A stretch of DNA of 64,000 nt from Chiloscyllium plagiosum. Its lineage: Eukaryota. The position numbers and the translations under genes were made by a program. The DNA lies in NCBI RefSeq assembly GCF_004010195.1, contig NC_057750.1, positions 11,879,144-11,943,143 on the forward strand. The letters run 5' to 3'. Under the pieces are notes generated by a model. That model did no database searches. It was not told the DNA's origin and saw only the letters and a program-made list of their open reading frames with translations. Numbering within the stretch: the stretch's first letter is position 1; each line of letters opens with the position of its first letter. Positions 14,101 through 26,200 of this stretch are shown here, piece by piece.

Positions 14101-17100
14101 AAAAATCATAGCTGATCTGACTGTGGTGTGAAATTCACTTTCCTCCCTGTCCCCGTAACGCTTGACTCCCTTTGTAAATCAGCAATTTTTCTAACTCTGT
14201 CTTGAATATCTTCAATGATCTAGCCTTTTCTGCAGTCTGGAGGATTCCAAAGATTAATGTCTCTGGGAGAAGAAATTCCTCCCCCTCATCTCTATCTTAA
14301 ATAAGAGGCTCTTTATTTTAAACTTTGCTTTTAAGGATTAAAAAAACCCTGTCAGACTTCTTCAAAATTTTATGTCTTAATAAGATTGTCTCACTTGTCT
14401 AAACTCATGAGTACAAACCAGACCCAAGCTTCCAATCCTTTCTTCTGAGAACCCATTCATCCCAGAATTTCATGAACTTACTTTGTTAAAAATCACACAA
14501 CACCAGGTTATAGTCCATCAGGTTTAATTGGAAGCACACTAGTTTTCGGAGCGGCGCTCCTTCATCAGGTGATTGTGGAGGGCTCGATCGTAACAATTCT
14601 TCAATGTATAATTTCAGTTACATCACACTGCAAATATTTGCTATAAATTCTGTGTTACGATTGAGCCCTCCACAATCACCTGATGAAAGACCGTCGCTCT
14701 GGAAGCTAGTGTGCTTCCAATTAAACCTGTTGGACTATAACTGGTGTTGTGTGATTTTTAACTTTGTACACCCCAGTCCAACACCGGCATCTCCGAATCA
14801 GAACTTACTTTGAACAGCCTCAAGTATATCCCTCCAAAACTGCAGGTGGTACTTCAGTTATGGTTTCACCGACACAGATGTAGCAATACCTCCCTACTTA
14901 TGTAATCCATTCCACTTGTAATAAAAGCCAACATTAATTTGTCTTCTAACTTAGCTGTGGTATTTGTAAGTTAACTTGTTGTAATTTCATAGACTAGAAC
15001 ATCTCGGGACCCCATCTGTACTTCAACATTCTGTAGTCTCTACATTTAAACAATAATCTGGTTATGCTTTTCCCACAAAGTGACAATCTCAAATGTTCCC
15101 ACGTTGTACTCTGTCTGCTAAATTTTTACACACTCACTTAACCTATCTATTTCTGACTCTGATTCCACTTCACAACTTGGCTGTCTGACACAGTCAGTTT
15201 GAATACATTACACATCGTCCTTTCATCCAAGTAATTAATATTGATTGTGAATAGTTGAGATCCGAGTGCTAATTGCTGTAGCACTCCACTGTTTACAGTT
15301 TGCCACCCTGAAAATGATCCACTTCTTCATATTCTCCATTTCCTGTCAATTAAGCAAGTCTCGAAAGGCAGGAAAATTGTTCTTTTGGAGAACTTGTATA
15401 CGATGGGTCAAGTGGCCTTCTTCTGCACCATAACAATTCTGTGAATTTAAAGGCAGTAAACCTACAAGCCTACTGGGATAGATCGGGTGGGGGAATTGTG
15501 CTAATTCCGTTGCTCCACAAAGAGCTGATGTGGATTCGCAGGGCCATTTGCCTTCTGTGCCATTATGACTGGCCGGTCTCCGTTTAAGCACAAAGCTGTG
15601 ACTTTATCAAAATTAATATGTTTGATCCTTGTTATAAACATCAGATACAGAATCCTCAAGCGATTTTTCTTCTCCACCCAATCTTAACAGCCCTGTGGAA
15701 ATGGGAATCTGTGTTCTAGTAGCTAGAATCTTGTTACTTCTGTAATTATTTGATACTCATATTGTGTATGACCTATCATGTTTTAAAAGTTGGGAGTTTT
15801 CCTTTTTCGGAATGAAAAATCCAGCTGATCCATTTAGTCTCAAATGCCTTTGAAATATTCTTCATGCTTTTCTTTTTAAATGGGTTTTCAATGTTTTAAT
15901 CCAATGCATTGCTTCTGCAGAATTGCAACCAGTTGAAGTAAAACAGGAGCATGTGGATCAAAGAGACATCAAACAGGAAACACAGATGAACAGAAAGAGA
16001 CCATACTCTGATCAGGGGCATGGATATTATGAATACAGAGAGGACAGGAATTATAGCCGGTGAGTAACAATGCTGCCGCTGTCCCATGGTTGAATGATTT
16101 AAGTACCTGAGATTGAATTTTTCATCTGACCAGTTTTTAACTTCACAAATATGCTTTATTCATAAATATCTATAAGTAAATTCAACAAGTACAAAGCAGT
16201 TCTGCAAAGACTTTGCAAAAAATACAGTGAAATTTTAACATTCTTCATTAGTGCTTCAAGCCAGTTGCAACAAAAAGGCTTTTTCTGAACATGAAGGAAA
16301 CTATTTACATTCCCATTAGGGCTATGAGGGTATCCCAAAGCATTGCAGACCCTGTTTGTTTTGGCAGAAAGATCTTAGATGGGGCCCTTTCCCCACAGTG
16401 GTGACAGCTGTCCCAAGCTTTTTGTGTGTCCCTCAACATGTGGTCCTGGACCTTGGAATGTTCAGTCTGCAAGACTTGGTCAGGGTCAACTCTTTTGCAC
16501 TGGAAGATCAGCTACTTCTGAGCAGATAAGAATGTTTTTCACCAAGTTGATGGTCCACCAGGCATAGTCAGTGTTTATCTCAGAGTGTGTCCTGAGGAAC
16601 AGCCTGTGGAGCAAACAGTACTGCGTCAGTGGATCAACCTTGACAAAAATGATTACATCTCTCTAGACCTTCTTTACAAAGGTACATTTCACAGAGATTT
16701 GCGACAGTTCTCTTCACCACCACAGCCATCTTGAGGCTGCATGCTGTGGCACAGTGTTTCCAGATGTGCAAGAAGGATCTGACGAGTAATGTCCTTCTCA
16801 CCACCAGCCAAGCCACATCTTGATGCCTGTTGGAAAGTTCTATCAATGAGGAATTCTGTCAAATATGCTGCCTGATCACCCTTTTCATGAGTTGTGAATG
16901 GATTTTTTTCACTTCTTTCGAGGAGCTTTTATCTAGGCTGCGTGTGGTCTTTCACTTTATTGTTGAGGTCATAGCTACTTTCATGTGGTCAAAGAACATT
17001 TCCTGTATCAGTAACTTAAGCACACCGTTTACATTATGGAAACCTGGATGGCAGTGATCAGTCATTCCAAATGGTGTGAAAATTATGACCAGTAGCATTG

Positions 17101-17180
17101 ATAAACCATTTGGAGATTAGCATGGGAAATCTGACACTGCTCTAAACCAAGGAAAGCCATCAGACTCTCAAAATCCAGCA

Positions 17181-17215
<35 letters not shown>

Positions 17216-20200
17216 TTATCTATTCTTTCTTAATATTTGCCTGTGAACTGCTGATTTTAGTCAGCTCCTGAGAAATTGAGCAATTATTGGGTCAACTGTC
17301 CTGTGTCTGAAGTAAAGAACTGAAAGAATTCAGAAAGAAGACCAGAGACTGGAAGAACTGGAGCTGCCAAACAATACTTCATTGAATTCTGTGGAGTGGT
17401 ACTATTGAATTGTGTTTCCCTGATATTTTTTCTTCACCCATGATGTTTTGTTTTGTTTTGTTTGTATTTGTCTGTTTGCATATATGTAGGGGTTTAAGAA
17501 AGGGTGGCATTTAAGTTAGAGAGTTAGAAGTCGATAATCCAAGTTTTGTTTACCTGTGGTTCAAACTGAATCAATTTCAGAATTGAAATTGTAATATATA
17601 ATAGTTTCTTGTTAAGTGCAGATTTGGTCAGTGTTTTCAGTTAATCTGAGTTTATCAGGCAGTAAAATTGATGACTGAGTAATTTGATTACGTCTTTTAA
17701 TTTACTTTTGTGACCACCCCATGACTAGCAGGGCTGTAGTATTAATGTATCTTCCTGAGTGGGTCATCACCAGATTTGGGTTATTTGCCAGGATTATTTT
17801 GGACTATAGATGATGATTTGAGTGTGGAGTTAGGTGATAAAGGATCAAAGAAAGCACCAGGTTTTGTATAATTTTTTAAAAAAGACACTGGAAACTGCTA
17901 AATTCTTCCTGACAAACTTTAAACAGATCCCAAAAGCCAGGTTATTTGAATTGGTATGTAGATTAGAAGGGAATTGCCTGCCAGACCTAAGGAGGCAGAA
18001 ATAATCAAACGGCCAGTGCAACACTTGGGGTTGAGTTGAAATATAACAGGAACTTGGTACTCTGGGTAGTGAAACATTGGAATAAGACAACAGTCAATAT
18101 TGAGTTACAGTTAAAGCAGCTTATGCACAAGGAAAAGAAATTGAAAAGCTGGGAAAGCTAAAACCAGAAAATTAACAAATCACTGTCAGGAGATGTTTCA
18201 ATTTTAAATAGGCTATTCTGGGTGCATATGAGTGAGTGCTTGAAGCAATGTAGGCTTTTGAAATTTAAGGAAACAGACTCGATAAACCTACTTTGAATTT
18301 GAAAACATTAAGCAAAATAATTTTGACAGATGGTTACTAGCATTAGGAATTGAAACAGCTCTTGCATGATTCATTCTCCTGGAGCACATTAAAAACTCAG
18401 TACCTTCTGAGGAAAATACCATAGATCAAATTGTACCTTTTAACTACAGAGGAAGCAACCACAGTTGAGCACAGGAGAAGTGAATAAGATTGTTCAAAAA
18501 TATGAGAGGTTTTTTTCTTCAGAGAATTCAATCAAGACCAAACTGGATTAGTGGAGAGTATATTCTATTCCATTATACAGAGTCCATTTGGAGTGTGACT
18601 TGTCTGGACCAGTGGTAGTTGAGATAGTTAGGAAATGACCCATGGATGGAGTTGATTTGCTCCTGGGGAATGATTTGGCTGGAATGAACGTTACAGCTCT
18701 GTGTATAATTGCAAAGTTGGAGTGAAGCTAAAGAGACAGAGTAGTTATAGGAACAGGTGTTTTTTCCATCCATCGCCTGGTGAGGGCAATGGCTAATCAA
18801 AATCTGTTGACTACAGGTCAAAGTAATGCAACACCACAAACATATGTTAGAGTAGGCAAAACTGTCTTTAAGAACGCGGATAATGCAATGTAAGTGTGTG
18901 GCTTGTCTTCATTAATTAAGGCTCAGAAAGCAGGTCCAGAGTTGAATAAGTTCGCACAATCAGTTCACACTGAGGCTGAAGCAGTTCCTGAGTACGGTTA
19001 TATTGAAAACTGAGTTCTGATGAGAAAGTGGAGACACAATCACAGATTTGCAGACAAAAAAAAAGGTTGTTCATCAAATAGTGGTACTTCTGAAATATTA
19101 CAGGATGTGAGGAGAATGGCATGTGAAATTCACATGGCACATTGTGTCAGAAAATGGAAAATTCAAGCATTGATAAACATGCACGGTGGCACAGTGGTTA
19201 GCACTGTGCCAGAGACCCGGGTTCAATTCCCGCCTGAGGCAACTAATTGTGTGGAGTTTGCATGTTCTCCCCGTGTCTGCGTGGGTTTCCTCCGGGTGCT
19301 CCGGTTTCCTCCCACAGTCCAAAGATGTGCAGGTCAGGTGAATTGGCCATGCTAAATTGCCCGTAGTATTAGGTAAGGGATAAATGTAGGGGTATTGGGT
19401 GGGTTGCGCTTCGGCGGGGCGGTATGGACTTGTTGGGCCGAAGGGCCTGTTTCCACACTGTAAGTAATCTAATCTAATGACTTCATAAGGACACTGCTAT
19501 TCTGTAACAGTCACAGGTGACTGGTAATGGGAAAGCTTCAACATGTAGTTAAACCAGCACCTTTAATATTTTTGAAGAAACATTCAATGAAGTATTAGAT
19601 TGTATAGGACCATTATCAAAAGTGAAAGCAGGGAACCAGTTTATCCTCATCATGGAAATAACTATTGGCTATTTCTTTGAGAACAATTACAGCTAAGGTA
19701 GTAGTGGAAAAGTTGACTCAAATTTTTTACCCTTTATGGTCTACTAATTGAAATACAATCTCATCAAGGTTTTACCTTTATACCAAAAGTCTTTCAGGAT
19801 GGGCGGCATGGTGGCTCAGTGGTTAGCACTGCTACTTCAGTGGTTAACACTGCTACCTCACAGCGCCAGGGACCCGGGTTAGATTCCTGCCTCGGGCGAC
19901 CATCTGTGGGTTTCCTCCGGGTGCTCCGGTTTCCTCCCACAATCCAAAGATGTGCAGGTCAGATGAATTAGCCATGCTAAATTGCCCATAGTGTCAGGTG
20001 CATTAGTCAGGGGTAAATGTAGGGGAATGGGTCTGGGAGGGTTACTCTTTGGAGTATCGGTGTGGACTTGTTGGGCCAAATGACCTGTTTCCACACTGTA
20101 GGGAATCTAATCTAATCTAATGTCATCAGCAGTTAGGGTATAAAACAATTAACAACAATTCAACAGCATACCATCTGCAAACATAGAGAGCTTTGGAGAG

Positions 20201-23200
20201 TGCCTCAGACTCTCCGAGCTATGATTGAATCATATTGCCATGAAGACATGTATGATTAGGACAAATTATTAGGTTTCCTACTATGTGCTACGAGAGATTC
20301 TCCAAGTGAATCTACTGGATTTAATCCATTTAACTCAATAGGAGCATGTAAATTTGCAGATAGAAGTGAAAGAATGTGCAAACATGTTACAACTAGAATC
20401 TTTCAAACAGGTGATGAAGTACAACAAACTTTGTTTTAACTGACATTCTTGATAAACCGACAAAAATTATATACCTCAAGTACGGGAAGTTTACAGTATT
20501 ATCATGATCTCCGTGATGTTCCAAGTAGTCAGTTGAGGGTGTGAGTGACCAGACTCTCTGCCAGTTGCAGCTGAGGTACCTAAGTTATGAATTTTTATTT
20601 AAGGCAAAGTTGCATTGTAATTTAAGCGATTTATGCCATAAGTAAAGTACAGCAGTGATGTGTATACTCCCTGCATTAAGTTTCTGTTATTTAGTATGTG
20701 TTTTTGCATTGATTATGTGTCTGGTCACATTAGTAGGTACCAGTTAATAAAATGTTCACTGCATTGGTATTTTTGACTTTGCAAGATAAAATTATGAAAG
20801 TGAAATTCAGTGACAATTAAGAGGTTTAATAAAGTGGCTTATTTGATCAATACATTGATCTTGGGAACAGGAATTGGTTATATGACATAAACATATTGAA
20901 GTGATGTCATTACAGGGAAGAGGATAAGGAGGACCAAGTGTGTCAGGTGGTAGGAGGAGTGGAGGATGACTGACAATAAGAATGAGGTAGGAGGAGAGGT
21001 AGACAGATCAAAAAGTGAACCTTCTACAATATAACTAGCCAGTATGGAAATACTAGGACAGTTAGACAATCTGTCCTTCCTCTGAGTAGGCGAACAACAG
21101 GTTGATCAAGTAAGGTTACTTAGGAAATATAGGGAAATCTGTAGAATTGTATTAGCTAGGCATGTTGTAGACATGGAGAGTCAGTATCAATAAAATTAGC
21201 TGTGGAGATTGAAACAGAGGTTCAAACCATGTTGGAAAATCATTTGACTGAACATAGCCAAAAGAGCTAGAATTCACTGATAGTGTTGGCTTCTAAAATG
21301 GATGGATTAAATAAATTCCATGTCAACCAGAAAAAGTAAATGCAGTTATGGAAACAGGTTGTTATCCAATTCCGTGGTTAGAAGATTGTATCAATAAGGT
21401 TAACAGTGCGTTATTTCTTTCTAAGACTAATCTCTTGAAGGGATACTGGCAAATGACATTAATATCACAGGCTAAAGAGATATCCACTTCTGTCACACCA
21501 AGACATGCCATTTGGGTTAAAGAATGCCTCTGCTCCATTCCAGAAGTTACGTAGTATGGTTCGACAATGTCATAACACATAGAATGAGTATGTAAAGACC
21601 TTAAGCAATTACAGTTTTCTGGCTTGTTGATAAATTTGGCCTAAAGTCAATTTGCAAAAGCAAGGTTAACATTACTCAGACATATCATAAGTAAGGATAA
21701 ATGTTGCCAAGAACAGCAAAAGTGAAAAATCTGAGAGAATGCTTCATTCTAAAAATTAAATAAATCACAAGATATTTAGGAATATGTGGGTTTTACTGGA
21801 TATTTGTATGTAACTTCAGCACAATACCTGTATCTATAATGAATTTATTAGGAAAGTAAGCAAAAGTGATAGAGTTAGCAGAATACCGAGCAATCTTTGA
21901 GAAGCTGATGGAAAACTTAATAAATGAATTGGTGTTAGCCACCACTAACCTTACCTGGACTTTAAAATGGCGATTGATGCTAGTGAGTTGAGTAGGTGCA
22001 ATCTTGTTACAAGATAATTTGGGAATAAAGAATTCACTGGGCTACTTTTATAAGGGAATACTCTACTTTTGAAAAGGAGACCTCAGGATTATTATTGGCC
22101 CCTTCTGGGATACAGTGTGAAGTCTATGTCCAATAGTAACAAAGAAATATTAATCTAATCTGACTATAATTTGCATGTTTGTTGAAAAGTTTAAAAATCA
22201 AGATGTGAGACTGTTCAGATGGAGTCTGCCATTTTCAACCTTCAATCTAAAACTCATTCACATTGTTTTAAAAGATAAAGTTATTACAATTGCATTGGTC
22301 TGAGTATAATATGATTACATCATTTTTAACTTAAAGGGGTGGATGGATATGAATCTTGTGGTTTATTGTTTGTGTGTCACATAGTTTATGATGAAATACT
22401 TTTTCCTAATGGTGTTTCATCTCTTTTAAGGGTGGAGGCATGTAAAGACTGCATCTTTTTATCTTTATTCTTGAATTGTGGACCAAAATGGAAAAAAAGA
22501 TATCGCTTTAAACCAGGGAAAGCCTTCAAACTCTAAAAAGGAAGCATTTTTTCCCCCCTCCAGACAACTAAAACATTTAATGGAGCAGTTGCTCAGTAGT
22601 AATGTCAGTGAACTAGTAATCAAGTGGGGTTTGAATTCCACCATAGCAGATGGCGAAATTTGAATTAAATAAAAGATTTAGAATTTTTAAACAAACTTGT
22701 CTAATGGCATCCACATAACCACTTTTGGACAAACCCATCTGGTCCACTGAAGTCTTTTAGGGAAGGAAATCTGCAGTTTCAACTTGGTCTGGCTTACATG
22801 TGACTCCAGGCCCACAACAACGTGGCTTAACTGCCCTCTGAAATGGCTCAAGCAAACCACTGAGATTATGGGACAATTGGAGATGAGCAGTAAATGCTGG
22901 TCCAGTCAGCGATCCCCATAATCCTATGAATGAATAAATTTTGCTTGCCATTTGGCTATTAACTGCTGCCTTTAATGTGTGTCTGAGAGACTGAACAGTT
23001 GTGGGATAACTGTCCTGTGTCTGCAGTAAAGAACTGAAAGGACTTGGAAAGAATAAGGTTGGAAATCAGAAGGACTTGGAAGAAATAAAAGGGCATTTCA
23101 TTGAATCCTGTTAAATTGTGTTCTAATTTGTTTTTCCACTCATAACATTTTTTTTTCTTATTTTTTTTCATGTTTGTATGGAGAGGGTTGAGAAGGGGGA

Positions 23201-26200
23201 GAGTTGAGGTTACTTATAAGCTGATAATTTGTATTATCAGCCTGTGGTTAGATCTGATTTATTTTCAAGAAATAATAGTTTCTTGTTAAGTGCAGAAACC
23301 TGATCAATGGTTTTTGTTAACCTGAGTTCATCACGCAAAAAAATTGGGATTTTGATTAACTTGATTAAATATTTTACTTTTATCACAACCCTGGAGCTGT
23401 ATCCCCTCTAATTTATCCTGCCTTTGCATGGATCTCCAAGGTCTGTGTGTGCATTGACCTCTAGAATCAGAGGGCAGTGCATCTGCTTGCTGATTGGCCT
23501 GATGAAGGGCTTGTGCTGTGTTGCCCAGCAGTTGTGTAGCTTAGATTGGACACTAGTCGAGAGTGTGTTGCTGGGAAAGCACAGCATAAGCCCTTCATCA
23601 CTTTTTCCTTAGATTGGACATTGTCTGGGAGTAGGGTCGGCACACTTTCTCAAGTTGGATGTGACAGTATAACACCATGATTATATTATGCTGACTGTAT
23701 GTAAGATGAGAGTCAGGTTACTGGTAACCTCATTCACTACAGAAATCTAGACTCGTTCCTGCAATGAATGTACTTAAGGATCAACAGTGGAAAAAAGTGT
23801 AGAACTTCCTTATTGATGTGCACCTTGTTCTGTAATGGTTCTGATAGTGTTAATGATCATGTTATGTTGACTCCACCCTCTGTTGATGACACATCTGCAG
23901 CTGCTGACGAGCTGCTCTATTCTAGCTTTCAGAGCACAGATGCACCAACTCTTCTGAGGTCTACACAATTATGCCTGACCTCATGTACTTTCATACCAAA
24001 TAACAAGCGATTACAACAGAGGGTCTCCAATTTACAAACGCCTGATTTAACGAAAGTTCGTGTTTAACAATGTGATCCCACACGGAAGTATAATTTTAAA
24101 AACCTGACATACGAGCATTTTGTATACTCACGAGCAGTTGCTCTACATTGTGTTCCGACTTGTGGACAAATTGACTTATGCACTGACGCCAGAATGCAAT
24201 CCAGGGGATTATGGTTACATTGTAATAAGCCACCTTGTTATCTAAAAGCATTGTAGATATCCAGTGCTGGTTCGTCCTCCACCACTTTATCATGAGAGAG
24301 GCTCTGGACAGGAGGAGTGTTGGCGACAAACTGCATGAAACATCTCTTACTCAGTTCCTTGTATTGGTAGAGGGGCCAAATACCACAAAGTAACAGGTGA
24401 TCATCTGGGAAAATATCACACTGTTCACTGTGTATAAAGAGGTTACTTGGCTGAAGGAGTCGGCATTTAGATCAGAGTGGTGCTGGAAAAGCACAGGAAG
24501 TCAGGCAGCATCCGAGGAGCAGGAAAATTGGCGTTTCGGTCAAAAGCCCTTCATCAGGAAGGAGGCAGCATGGCAGTTCAGTGGTTAGCTCTCTGCCTCT
24601 ACACATTCTTCTCATGTCACACTTTATTTCAAGTTAATTTAATGAACAATACAGACGTTTTTTGGGGAGGCAGCAGGCAACACTCAATCAACGGTTTTAA
24701 CATGGAAAAGACTGCTAGAAAGACTGGTTGTACTGTACTTTACATAAAATGTATAGAAAGTCTCTGCTAAACATTGACTCACTTGAATTTTTTTTATTTT
24801 GATATCCATAGTCAGTATAACATTAAAGTTGCTGGTTTTACTTTAAGACTGAAACACTGCTTCCTTTTGTGTGGCTGCCAGGTTTGTTTCCTGTCCTGTT
24901 GCTTCCAGCCACTTAACCCTACCTCCTTATAGGGTCTCACCTCCCTAGCTTTGTGCCCTGGTCCCAACTCTCCTCCAGGCCTTGCCTCCTTGTCTCCACT
25001 ACTGACCCAGTCTGCCCCTGGCTTCACTTTCTGCCCTTGATGCTGGTCTGTTCTCCCCTTGCTTCTCTTGCCTCACGTCTGTTCTTAGCTTTGTCTCTAG
25101 CGTTTGTCTCCTGGCTTTGTACTTTGCTGAACCCTCACTGAAATTCCAGGCTCCAGCTGGTGGCAGATGCTGGTCACTGCTACTGATTCCTGCACCAACT
25201 AACCTCTGCCACTAGTGGAGTTACTGGAAATCCTGGCTAATCTAGCAATTCTTCATGGTGAGTATTTTTTTAATAATTATGTACTGTATTTCTTTTATTA
25301 GTAGTGATCAATTTTATTTTGCAATCTATGTTAGCTAGGACTGCACAATGTGGCACATATATGATACAATATTTCAGTTTGTACATTGTTTTTCTGGAAT
25401 TCTGAAGTAACCTAAATCAGGCTTTAATATTGATTTCTTATGTTTCACTTAAGTGTGATTTTCAGGAATGTAAGTGAGGTATACTATACTTAATGTCTGG
25501 TTAATTTTGATGCTGTGCACCAAATGTGAATGGTGCTTACTGAGTTATTGACTTAAAAATCTAGATTAATACACAATGAAAATCATTTGAGATTTGGTAT
25601 GAACGTACATTAACCATTCTGCTTGTTGACTGTTGACCATTGAAGGAGTTAAACAGCAGTATTTTACTTTTTTGTAGAGCAAAATCACCCCAGCCACCTG
25701 CAGAAGATGATGAGGAAGACTTTGATGAATCCTGTGTGGCCATTGATACCTGTAAGTATCAAGCAGTGTCTTTGTAATAAACTATTTTCAGGGTAATCTG
25801 AACTGGTTTGACTTGATATGTTCTTGTTTCCCTGTCTTACATTTTTCCATGTTTTCCATCCTAGATAACTGTGATCTGCACTTTAAAGTGGCTAGAGACC
25901 GCTTGAGTGGCTACCCCTTGACTATTGAAGGATTTGCATATCTGTGGTCAGGAGCACGAGCAACATATGGGGTCAACAAGGGGAAAGTTTGTTTTGAAGT
26001 TAAGGTACTTAACTTTTCTTTTGAGGGCGTGGAATTGCCCGTTTTCTTTTTCTCCCCTTACATATCTATTAAGGCCATGGAACTCTGGCTAGGCAGCTGA
26101 GCTGCACCTAGGCCCTTATCAAAACTGCTCATGAACCACTTGCAGGATTTACTTGATAGTGGCCTTTCAGGGTACCCATTTGTTCTCCCTGCACCAGTGG

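Larger units (their letters stand above)
17100..23410 (+). mobile_element. Degenerate Gypsy-type LTR retrotransposon, order PRO-INT-RT-RH (Gmr1-like)
   Basis: Diverged LTR pair (about 17240-17770 versus 22960-23410 share aactgtcctgtgtctg.agtaaagaactgaaag and atagtttcttgttaagtgcaga). Protease [12 protein letters not shown] at about 18650; integrase remnants 19570-20330; [15 protein letters not shown]...LLKGYWQ at 21360-21500; RNase [10 protein letters not shown] at about 21960; PPT then TG at 22441. Confidence 0.8.

Noticed and set aside
19801..19890. tRNA gene-like A/B boxes (also near 1600, 10975, 51000 and 56480)
   Set aside because: They are SINE heads continuing into SINE bodies, with no complete cloverleaf.
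25150..25257. Possible cryptic exon (ttccag|...atg|gtgagt) after a C/T-rich tract
   Set aside because: It has an in-frame stop, lies in repeat-like low-complexity sequence and has only one donor motif, so chance is an adequate explanation without RNA data.
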